Origin: Ignavibacteria bacterium
GTDB taxonomy: Bacteria; Bacteroidota; Ignavibacteria; Kapaibacteriales; UBA4661
NCBI GenBank assembly: GCA_014654705.1
Contig: JACVZY010000025.1
Location: 4,640 to 68,639, forward strand
Direction of reading: 5' to 3'
DNA: 64,000 nucleotides
Shown here: positions 1 through 8,588 of the stretch, one piece after another
How the letters are laid out: every line of letters starts with the position of its first letter
Position numbering within the stretch: position 1 is the stretch's first letter
Made by a program: the position numbers and the translations under genes
Notes under the pieces: generated by a model
Told to the model about the DNA's origin: nothing
The model's input: the letters and a program-made list of their open reading frames with translations, nothing else
The model's database searches: none

Positions 1-78
1 CAGATAGCCGAAATCCGCAAAAACCTTGCCGAAGCCTGCGAAGAACTCAATGTAGCAACCGCATTTACTATTTTTTAG
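1..78 (+). CDS. 3' end of an unidentified CDS (C-terminus ...IAEIRKNLAEACEELNVATAFTIF*)
   Basis: Frame +1 is open from the window edge to a TAG at 76-78. There is no start within the window. Confidence 0.3.
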   Translation, partial: QIAEIRKNLAEACEELNVATAFTIF

Positions 79-97
79 AATTTTTTTACACCCCGCT

Positions 98-889
98 ATG
101 ACACACGCTCTTAAATCGGATACTTCTACCAACGTTGTAACGCTTTTTACAGTATTGTTTCTCTTGAGCATCTGTTTGCATACGGCTGTCCTCCGGGGAC
201 AAGAACCCAAAATACGATACGAGGGAACAATCAAAAACATTCCTATTCGCATGACACTTCAGCAAAAAGGTACGGGTGTGATTGGCACGTATCAATACAC
301 CAAAATTGGCAAAGATCTTGGTTTGGAAGGTGAACTGCGCGGAAAAGACAGTTTGATCTTATTTGAATACGATCCCAATGGCAAGCAAACCGGTATTTTC
401 AAAGGTGTGTGCAATGGCTCTGCCACCATACCTATCGAAGCCATTACCGGAGTATGGTTAACGCCCAACGGCTCTAAATCGCTCTCCTTTTCCGTGCGTC
501 GTGTCGAACAGTGGAGCGCACAGCCGCCTGTCGTCGGTGGTATTCGCGGTGATGCCATTTCTGGTTTGTATAAGCGACCGGGCAAACATGGAGCAAGTCT
601 GAACGTGTGGCTCAGAAGCGAGAATGAAATAGAAATTGAAGGTCAGGCATTTTGGCAAGGAAGCTCAGAGAATATCAACATGGGCGATATATTCGGCAAA
701 TGCCGCATAGAAAACAACCAAGCAGTATACACCGACAAAAATATGCCATGCCGTTTGATACTGACTTTCAGCAATAAAAAACTTGTCATTAGTGGCGACG
801 ACGGTGGATGTGGTGGGCAAAATGTTACCTTTAACGGCTCTTACTCGCTTGCCGGAAAGCCTGCGAAACCTAGCACCGATAGAAGATAA
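98..889 (+). CDS. secreted hypothetical protein with an N-terminal signal peptide
   Basis: ATG at 98. A hydrophobic N-terminus (VVTLFTVLFLLSICLHTAVLRG) is followed by a Gly/Asn-rich, beta-like sequence. It lies immediately upstream of the RND efflux pair. Confidence 0.55.
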   Translation: MTHALKSDTSTNVVTLFTVLFLLSICLHTAVLRGQEPKIRYEGTIKNIPIRMTLQQKGTGVIGTYQYTKIGKDLGLEGELRGKDSLILFEYDPNGKQTGIFKGVCNGSATIPIEAITGVWLTPNGSKSLSFSVRRVEQWSAQPPVVGGIRGDAISGLYKRPGKHGASLNVWLRSENEIEIEGQAFWQGSSENINMGDIFGKCRIENNQAVYTDKNMPCRLILTFSNKKLVISGDDGGCGGQNVTFNGSYSLAGKPAKPSTDRR

Positions 890-963
890 CACACGCATAC
901 AACCTTTCGCAATCATCACGCAAATTCACGACTTTTGAACTTTCTCATTTCGGTCATTTACCA

Positions 964-2118
964 ATGAAATCTTTTTGTATAGACGAACAAAGATCAACCG
1001 AAAAGCAAACCATATTGCCTCTCAAAGCCTTGAACGCTTTATGCTGGTTAATACTTGGTACTCTACTGACCATACTAGCGCCAGGCTGTGCCGACAAGCA
1101 TAGCGCACCGGAGACCAAAGAGCAGTTTGTTCTTTCGGATACCATGCTGCATAATATGACGACGAGCGCCGCAAGCTATGATTCGCTGCGCAATGAACTC
1201 AAATTCTACGGTAAAATTGCAGTTGATAATAACAAGCTCATTGAAGTTTTTCCTATTGTCGGCGGTAATGTCCAGCATGTGTATGTTGCACTCGGCGATT
1301 ATGTGAAAAAAGGGCAACTGCTGGCAACTATTCGCAGCACGGAAGTCGCGGGATTTGAAAAAGACTTCAAAGATGCACAAAATGATGTAGTGGTGGCAAG
1401 CAACAACCTTCGTGTGGCACAGGAACTCTATGCTGGCAAACTGAGTGCAGAAAAAGATGTGCTGGAAGCAAAGAGCCAATTAGACAAAGCAGAATCTCAG
1501 TTCAATCGTATCAAAGAGACGTACAACATCTATAATATGAAGCAAGGGGCTATTTACCAAATAGTCGCACCGATGAATGGTTTTGTGATTGAGAAAAAAA
1601 TCAACCAAGATATGCAGCTTCGTAGCGACCGCAGCGACAACGTATTTGATATTGCTGAAATTGGCGAGGTATCAGCGATTGCGAATGTCAATGAAAGTGA
1701 TATTGCTCAAATTGGGCTTGGAATGGATGCTTCGGTGGTAGTATTAAGCTATCCTGACAAAATCTATCGCGGCAAGGTGGATAAAATCTACACGATTATT
1801 GACCCCACGACAAAAGCCATGAAAGTCGGCATCAAGCTGAAGAATACGGACTTCCTGCTCAAGCCTGAGATGCGAGCAACTATCCGCATCACGCACACGG
1901 ACCGCGAGCAAATGCTTACTATTCCAACCAAAGCCGTCATTTTCGACAAAAGTAAATACTTCGTGATGGTCTTCAAAGACCGCGAGCACATTGAAACCCG
2001 CCAAGTGGAGATTTTCCGGCAAGTAGGTGACATAACATACATCCGTGCAGGTGTGCAAGCAGGCGAACAGGTTATCACCAATGGGCAACTGCTTATTTAC
2101 GATGCACTCAATGACTAA
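964..2118 (+). CDS. efflux RND transporter periplasmic adaptor subunit (membrane fusion protein, CzcB/CusB-like)
   Basis: There is an N-terminal TM/lipobox-like segment (LAPGCADK), a coiled-coil central region and C-terminal beta-barrel-like motifs. It sits directly upstream of the CzcA-type pump. Confidence 0.8.
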   Translation: MKSFCIDEQRSTEKQTILPLKALNALCWLILGTLLTILAPGCADKHSAPETKEQFVLSDTMLHNMTTSAASYDSLRNELKFYGKIAVDNNKLIEVFPIVGGNVQHVYVALGDYVKKGQLLATIRSTEVAGFEKDFKDAQNDVVVASNNLRVAQELYAGKLSAEKDVLEAKSQLDKAESQFNRIKETYNIYNMKQGAIYQIVAPMNGFVIEKKINQDMQLRSDRSDNVFDIAEIGEVSAIANVNESDIAQIGLGMDASVVVLSYPDKIYRGKVDKIYTIIDPTTKAMKVGIKLKNTDFLLKPEMRATIRITHTDREQMLTIPTKAVIFDKSKYFVMVFKDREHIETRQVEIFRQVGDITYIRAGVQAGEQVITNGQLLIYDALND

Positions 2119-2204
2119 TCACACCGCTTTTCATTTGCAGCATTGTTGACTATAATATTGCCTCCAGTCTTGCTTCACGCACCGCTTACAAAGACATACC
2201 AATC

Positions 2205-5200
2205 ATGACAAAATTCATTCGCAATATAATCGCTTTTTCACTCAAGAACCGTGCCTTTACATTCTTTTGGGTGGGGGTGCTGGTCATAGCTGGCATTATT
2301 GCCTTCCGCACGATGCCTATTGAGGCATTTCCGGATGTTACCAATACACAGATTATCATTGTCACAGAGTGGAACGGACGGAGCGCTGAAGAAATTGAGC
2401 GCTTTGTCACAACACCCATAGAAATCGCCCTCAATCCGGTGCAGCGAAAAACCAGTGTCCGTAGTATCACGATGTTCGGTTTGTCCGTCATAAAGGTCAT
2501 TTTCGAGGACGATGTAGAGGACTTTTTCGCACGCCAGCAGATAAACAATCAACTGCGGGGTGTTTCACTGCCGGAAGGCGTAGAAACTGACGTGCAACCA
2601 CCATACGGACCAACGGGCGAGATTTTTCGTTATGTACTGCAAAGTGCCTCACGCGATACGCGCGAACTCTTAACGATTCAAAACTGGGTCATTGACCGCC
2701 GCCTTCGCTCTGTGCCAGGCGTGGCAGATGTGGTCGCATTCGGCGGACAGGAAAAAGTGTACGAAATCAGTGTTGACCCGGGTTTGCTCTCCAAATACGA
2801 TATTACGCCTTTGGAAGTCTTTCGTGCCATCAGTGCAAGCAACCTCAATGTTGGCGGCGATGTCATCGAAAAGAACGGTCAGGCATATGTTGTGCGGGGC
2901 ATTGGATTGCTGCAATCAATTCCAGATATTGAAAATATTATTGTTGACGAATTTGGTGGTAATCCTGTTTTGGTCAAGAACCTTGCTCACGTGCGCGAAA
3001 GCTCGCTCCCACGTGTGGGACAAGTAGGATTGAACGGTAGCGACGATGTTGTGGAGGGTATTGTCGTTATGCGCAAAAACGAGAATCCGAAAGAAGTATT
3101 GACGCGAGTAAAAGCAAAAATTGAAGAACTTAATAATGGAATCCTCCCTTCCGACGTGAAGATGGAAACGTTCTACGACCGCGATAATTTGATGAATTTC
3201 ACGACCACAACCGTCATGCACAACCTCGTGGAAGGTATAGTGCTGGTAACAGTGGTCGTCTTTTTATTTATGGCGGATTGGCGTACAACTCTCATTGTTT
3301 CTATCATCATTCCGCTTTCGCTTCTTTTTGCCTTTTTGTGCTTGAAGTTGAAAGGCATGAGCGCCAATCTGCTCTCACTGGGAGCGGTGGATTTTGGTAT
3401 CATCATTGATGGGGCGGTGGTAATGGTCGAGGGACTCTTTGTCTCTCTTGACCACGTGGCGCATAAGCGAGGAATGGAGCGCTTTAATCTCCTCGCAAAA
3501 GGTGGGCTTATCAAGCAAGCCGGAACGCAAATGGGCAAAGCAATATTTTTCGCCAAGCTCATCATTATCACCGCTCTTTTACCCATTTTTTCGTTTGAAA
3601 AAGTGGAAGGAAAAATGTTCTCACCCTTAGCATACACGCTGGGGTTTGCACTCTTGGGTGCGCTACTTTTTACGCTGACGCTTGTACCAGTGCTGTCAAA
3701 TATCTTGCTCAACAAAAATGTCCGTGAAAAGCACAATCCCTTTGTCAATTTCTGGAACCACATCGTGGAGCGTGGGTTCTTGTTTACCTTTTATCACAAA
3801 AAAAAGACTTTAGTTGCGTCTTTGGTGCTGCTCGTCCTGACATTCTTTTCGGCAACGTTTTTAGGAACAGAATTTTTGCCCCAATTGAATGAAGGTGCAC
3901 TCTGGGTAGAAGCAAAATTGCCAATGAGCAGTAGTCTGAACGAAACGGTGAAAATGGTCACAACGCTCCGAAAAGAATTACAATCCTTCGAGGAAGTCAA
4001 CGGTGTACTGTCGCAAACCGGACGAAGCAATGACGGCACAGACCCTAGCGGCTTTTATTATGTGCAGATGCAAGTGAATCTGAAACAAAAAAGCGAATGG
4101 AAGCGCAATATCACGATGGACGGCTTGGTGGACGAAATGGACAATAAACTGAAGAAATATCAAGGCATTGTCTATAACTACTCGCAACCGATTATTGACA
4201 ACGTTGCCGAATCAGTTGCCGGTATTAATGCTTCTAATGCCGTCAAAATATATGGTGATGATTTAGACAGGCTGGACGAACTTGCTAATGAGGTCATCAA
4301 AAATATTGATAACGTCGAGGGTATCAAAGACGTGGGGATTTTGAGGAATGTGGGGCAACCGGAAATAAGCGTCCTTCTGGACAAAGAACGTATGGCTGTT
4401 TACGGCGTAACGATTGCCGATGCAGAAGCAGTGCTGGAAATGGCGTTCGGTGGCAAAACGGCAACACAGAAATACGAAGGCGAGCGGAAATTTGATGTAC
4501 GCATCCGCTATGAACAGGATTATCGCAAGGACGAGCAAGACATTACCAATTTGAAAGTACCGACTATTAGCGGGTCGAAAATCCCGATGAAAGAAATTTG
4601 TACTATCAAGAAAATCACGGGACCGGCATTTATTTACCGTGACAACACCAAGCGATTTATCGGCGTGAAGTTCTCTGTGCGCGGGCGCGATTTGGGTAGT
4701 ACGATTGCCGAAGCACAAGCAAACGTCAAACAGCGTGTCCGTTTGCCGAAAGGCTACAGTATCGGCTGGACAGGCGAATTCGAGAATCAAGTTCGCGCCA
4801 CCAAGCGTTTGGGCGAGGTTGTACCTGTAAGTTTGATAGCGATTTTCCTGCTTCTTTTTATCATGTTCGGCAATATGAAGGATTCCCTTCTGGTCCTCGC
4901 AAATGTGCCGTTTGCGCTCATTGGTGGTATTATCGCACTGCATCTGACGGGTATCAACTTTGGTATTTCGGCGGGTGTGGGTTTTATAGCGCTGTTTGGG
5001 ATTTGTATTCAAAATGGAGTCATTCTCATCACTGAATTTCACAACAACATCAAAGCCATGCTCCCGCTTGATGAAGCCATTCTCGCCGCTATTCGCGTAC
5101 GGACGCGCCCTGTGGTGATGACTGCGCTCATGGCTTCTATTGGGCTTCTTCCGGCAGCCATCTCGACAGGTATTGGTTCAGAATCGCAAAAGCCGCTGGC

Positions 5201-5312
5201 GATCGTGATTATTGGCGGATTGGTAACTGCAACAGTACTGACGCTTTTGGTGTTTCCGATTATTTTTTGGATATTCCATCGTCCGCAGAAACACCATCTC
5301 GGAGAAATGTAG
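2205..5312 (+). CDS. czcA: CusA/CzcA-family heavy-metal efflux RND permease
   Basis: 1035 aa with 12-TM RND architecture. The N-terminus MTKFIRNIIAFSLKNR...AFPDVTNTQIIIVTEWNGRSAEEIE is typical of the HME-RND family. Confidence 0.9.
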   Translation: MTKFIRNIIAFSLKNRAFTFFWVGVLVIAGIIAFRTMPIEAFPDVTNTQIIIVTEWNGRSAEEIERFVTTPIEIALNPVQRKTSVRSITMFGLSVIKVIFEDDVEDFFARQQINNQLRGVSLPEGVETDVQPPYGPTGEIFRYVLQSASRDTRELLTIQNWVIDRRLRSVPGVADVVAFGGQEKVYEISVDPGLLSKYDITPLEVFRAISASNLNVGGDVIEKNGQAYVVRGIGLLQSIPDIENIIVDEFGGNPVLVKNLAHVRESSLPRVGQVGLNGSDDVVEGIVVMRKNENPKEVLTRVKAKIEELNNGILPSDVKMETFYDRDNLMNFTTTTVMHNLVEGIVLVTVVVFLFMADWRTTLIVSIIIPLSLLFAFLCLKLKGMSANLLSLGAVDFGIIIDGAVVMVEGLFVSLDHVAHKRGMERFNLLAKGGLIKQAGTQMGKAIFFAKLIIITALLPIFSFEKVEGKMFSPLAYTLGFALLGALLFTLTLVPVLSNILLNKNVREKHNPFVNFWNHIVERGFLFTFYHKKKTLVASLVLLVLTFFSATFLGTEFLPQLNEGALWVEAKLPMSSSLNETVKMVTTLRKELQSFEEVNGVLSQTGRSNDGTDPSGFYYVQMQVNLKQKSEWKRNITMDGLVDEMDNKLKKYQGIVYNYSQPIIDNVAESVAGINASNAVKIYGDDLDRLDELANEVIKNIDNVEGIKDVGILRNVGQPEISVLLDKERMAVYGVTIADAEAVLEMAFGGKTATQKYEGERKFDVRIRYEQDYRKDEQDITNLKVPTISGSKIPMKEICTIKKITGPAFIYRDNTKRFIGVKFSVRGRDLGSTIAEAQANVKQRVRLPKGYSIGWTGEFENQVRATKRLGEVVPVSLIAIFLLLFIMFGNMKDSLLVLANVPFALIGGIIALHLTGINFGISAGVGFIALFGICIQNGVILITEFHNNIKAMLPLDEAILAAIRVRTRPVVMTALMASIGLLPAAISTGIGSESQKPLAIVIIGGLVTATVLTLLVFPIIFWIFHRPQKHHLGEM

Positions 5313-5384
5313 CAGAACAGCCACTACCTCTCACGTAAGATTCTGAGCAGAATAGGATCTTACTTAATCCCAAGGAGATACCCG

Positions 5385-6347
5385 ATGTATCCTATTCTCA
5401 TCAATATGCTCAAAAAATCGGAGCTCACACCAAAGACCATCTCGCAGTATCAAAAAGCAAAAAACTTCCACCGACGAAGACAGGTCTGTCGGAATATTAT
5501 TCAAGATTCAATCTTTATGGTCTTAGGAGTGTTGACTGCCGGATTCGGACTGAAGGGATTTTTATTACCGAACAACTTTATTGACGGTGGCGTAACGGGT
5601 ATTTCCTTGCTTATCGCTGAAGTGACCGTCTTAACGCTGCCGCCGCTCCTTATCATCATCAATGCGCCGTTTATTATTCTGGGGTATTTTCAAATGGGCA
5701 AAGCATTTGCCTTCAAAAGTGCACTGGCTATATGTGGTCTGGCACTTGTTGTGGCTGTTTTCCCTTATCCAATTATTACTCACGACAAACTACTCATAGC
5801 CGCTTTCGGTGGCTTTTTTTTAGGTCTTGGTATCGGTTTTGCAATGCGTGGCGGTGCAGTGCTCGACGGCACGGAGGTACTGGCAATTTATCTGACGCGC
5901 CAAAGCAGTCTAAGTGTGGGGGATGTGATTCTGGGATTTAATATCGCCATTTTTTCCGTAGCAGCGTATTTGCTCGGTATTGAAACTGCCCTCTATGCGA
6001 TTCTGACTTATTTTACAGCATCAAAAGCGCTTGATTTTATCTTGGAAGGCATCGAAGAATATACGGGCGTCACGATTATTTCGCATCGTAGCGAAGAAGT
6101 TCGACGGATGATTATTCACACACTTCGGCGCGGTGTAACGATTTATTCCGGCAAAAGTGGCTTCGGTAAACGCGGCGAAGGTCATGCGGAAATTGATATT
6201 ATTTACACCGTTGTTACACGTCTTGAGGTATCGCGCCTCCAACAGGAAATTGAGGTAATTGACCCGCTTGCGTTCGTCGTCATGTCGAGCATCAAAGATA
6301 CCAAAGGCGGCATGATAAAGAAGCGGGCACACAAACTCCTCCATTAA
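5385..6347 (+). CDS. YitT-family membrane protein (DUF161/DUF2179)
   Basis: A multi-TM N-terminal half carries the GGVTGISLL motif. The soluble C-terminal domain is DUF2179-like. Confidence 0.7.
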   Translation: MYPILINMLKKSELTPKTISQYQKAKNFHRRRQVCRNIIQDSIFMVLGVLTAGFGLKGFLLPNNFIDGGVTGISLLIAEVTVLTLPPLLIIINAPFIILGYFQMGKAFAFKSALAICGLALVVAVFPYPIITHDKLLIAAFGGFFLGLGIGFAMRGGAVLDGTEVLAIYLTRQSSLSVGDVILGFNIAIFSVAAYLLGIETALYAILTYFTASKALDFILEGIEEYTGVTIISHRSEEVRRMIIHTLRRGVTIYSGKSGFGKRGEGHAEIDIIYTVVTRLEVSRLQQEIEVIDPLAFVVMSSIKDTKGGMIKKRAHKLLH

Positions 6348-6401
6348 GCCCCTCCCATCCACCGCCTCTGCAAAAACAGAGAGGCTAATCTCATACTCAC
6401 C

Positions 6402-7757
6402 ATGCGACAACAATCCTCACGCAATAGGCTTCCTCATCGGATTCTTGCAACTATCAAGCATCCGTTTGAGCAATTCATTCATGCCGAAACCTCAAGTGGA
6501 CTACTTTTGCTATTCTGCGGCATAATTGCTCTTCTCTGTGCAAATTCTCCGTTCAAAGAAGCATACCAACACCTCTGGGAAACACCCTTTAGCATCGGCT
6601 TCGGCAAGACGGTGATGGCAAAACCGCTCCACCACTGGATAAACGACGGTCTCATGGTGATTTTTTTCTTTGTGGTGGGACTGGAAATCAAGCGCGAACT
6701 GCTCGTAGGCGAACTTTCCACGGCAAAAAAGGCTGCTTTGCCTGTTATTGCGGCATTAGGCGGCATGGTCGTGCCGGCGCTTCTCTTCGCATCGTTGAAT
6801 GCAGGCACCCCTGCCGAGCGTGGCTGGGGAATACCAATGGCAACGGATATTGCCTTCGCGCTTGGCGTGGTAGCGCTTATGGGCAAGCGCGTTCCTTTCG
6901 TGCTGAAGGTATTTCTGGCAGCGCTGGCAATTGCGGATGATTTGGGGGCGGTTTTGGTTATTGCCATTTTTTACACAGCTGATATTCACGCCATGATGCT
7001 CCTTGCAGCCGCGGGCGCATTTGCACTCGCGCTTCTGGGAAATTTGCTGGGAGTTCGGAGTGTCCTCTTTTACTTGCTTGTGGGATTGCTCCTTTGGTTC
7101 TTTGTGCTGGAATCCGGTATTCATGCAACGATAGCAGGTGTGCTTCTTGCAATAGCGATACCCGCCAAACAGCGCATCAATGCTGATGAATTCACAGACA
7201 AAGCACGGGTGCTTATTAACGAATTTACGCGCCAAACGCACGAAAGCAAAAGTGTCCTTGCAAACCAGCAAGCACAAAGCGCTGTGCGTGATTTGGAGAT
7301 TTCCTGCGAGCAGGTACAAACGCCCCTGTCGCGTTTTGAAAATAATCTCCACCTTTGGGTCGCTTTTCTCATTATGCCAATTTTTGCTCTGGCAAATTCC
7401 AGCGTTACATTGGAAGGAAATCTCGGCGAAATGCTTATGCGACCATGCACAATGGGTATTTGGCTTGGATTGGTCATCGGCAAGCCCGTTGGGATAACAC
7501 TTTTCTGCTGGGCTGCTTGCCGACTGAAGTTGGCTCAACTGCCCGAAGGAGTGGGCTGGTTCGATATTCTTGCCATTGGCGCGGTGGCAGGCATTGGCTT
7601 CACCATGTCGCTATTTGTGCAAGGACTGGCATTTTCGGATGCGACACTTGCAATGGAAGCAAAGGTAGGAATTTTTGCTGCGTCGTTTTTGGCGGGTACT
7701 CTGGGCTTTCTTCTCTTTCGTCTTCGGCGCGGTGAGAAAGCAGCACTTTCATCGTAA
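6402..7757 (+). CDS. nhaA: Na+/H+ antiporter NhaA
   Basis: It aligns colinearly with E. coli NhaA. Shared motifs include WINDGLMVIFFFVVGLEIKRE, ATDIAFALGV, LAIADDLGAV and LKLAQLPEG. Confidence 0.93.
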   Translation: MRQQSSRNRLPHRILATIKHPFEQFIHAETSSGLLLLFCGIIALLCANSPFKEAYQHLWETPFSIGFGKTVMAKPLHHWINDGLMVIFFFVVGLEIKRELLVGELSTAKKAALPVIAALGGMVVPALLFASLNAGTPAERGWGIPMATDIAFALGVVALMGKRVPFVLKVFLAALAIADDLGAVLVIAIFYTADIHAMMLLAAAGAFALALLGNLLGVRSVLFYLLVGLLLWFFVLESGIHATIAGVLLAIAIPAKQRINADEFTDKARVLINEFTRQTHESKSVLANQQAQSAVRDLEISCEQVQTPLSRFENNLHLWVAFLIMPIFALANSSVTLEGNLGEMLMRPCTMGIWLGLVIGKPVGITLFCWAACRLKLAQLPEGVGWFDILAIGAVAGIGFTMSLFVQGLAFSDATLAMEAKVGIFAASFLAGTLGFLLFRLRRGEKAALSS

Positions 7758-7780
7758 GTTCCGCTTGTGCGCTGCCCCCC

Positions 7781-8479
7781 CTAGCGCATCACCAGTTTAT
7801 ACCCCGACCCATGCACATTCATTATTTCCACAGTCGGGTCGAGTTTAAGATATTTTCTGAGCTTGGTAATGAACACATCCATGCTGCGCCCGTTGAAGTA
7901 GGAATCATCACCCCAAATCGTTTTGAGTGCTACTTCGCGCTTCATCACGTGGTTCGCATGGAGACAGAGCAAACGTAGAAGTTCTGCTTCCTTGCTGGTG
8001 AGTTGTGTGTTTGCCTCTGGGTGGCGTAGAAACTGATTAGGATAACTAAAGATATAATCGCCGATAGGAAAATTATCAGGGAGATTTTGCTCGGAAGTAG
8101 CGGGAGAAGTCTTTGCACGTCGCAAAATAGCTTGCACGCGCAGCATCAGCTCTTCGATGCTGAAGGGCTTGGTGATATAATCATCAGCACCGATATTAAA
8201 ACCCTCTATTTTGTCGGTCTGCATAGATTTTGCCGTTACAAAGACGATAGGCACGTGCTCATTATTTGCACGGATAGAGCGGGCAAGTGAGAATCCATCC
8301 TGCTTAGGCATCATCACGTCAATTATGCACAAATCAAACGTGCCCTTCTGAAAAGCAGTCCAGCCCGCATCGCCATCACGACTCAACTCAACGGCGTAGC
8401 CTTTGATGGATAAATATTCCTGCAAGACGCCACCCAAATTTGTGTCGTCTTCTACAAGCAAGATTTTATGCTGTTCCAT
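7781..8479 (-). CDS. OmpR-family response regulator transcription factor; probable start at the internal ATG MEQHKILLVEDD
   Basis: The receiver domain carries the LLVEDD and D-x-MMP motifs. The winged-helix C-terminus has the ...LT.KE..LL..L motif. It lies immediately downstream of the sensor kinase on the same strand. Confidence 0.88.
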   Translation of the reverse strand: MEQHKILLVEDDTNLGGVLQEYLSIKGYAVELSRDGDAGWTAFQKGTFDLCIIDVMMPKQDGFSLARSIRANNEHVPIVFVTAKSMQTDKIEGFNIGADDYITKPFSIEELMLRVQAILRRAKTSPATSEQNLPDNFPIGDYIFSYPNQFLRHPEANTQLTSKEAELLRLLCLHANHVMKREVALKTIWGDDSYFNGRSMDVFITKLRKYLKLDPTVEIMNVHGSGYKLVMR

Positions 8480-8588
8480 GATTAAGCCTTCGTTTGAATA
8501 TGTAGAAATTACCATCTCCAGCGCTGTACGCAAAATGGACGCTTTGGTTACAGGAACTTAACGCCCCACCAATGACCACACACGCTCC

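Noticed and set aside
86-295. 69-aa minus-strand ORF that overlaps the start of the secreted-protein gene.
   Set aside because: It overlaps a gene with better start context and a signal peptide. It has no RBS and no motif.
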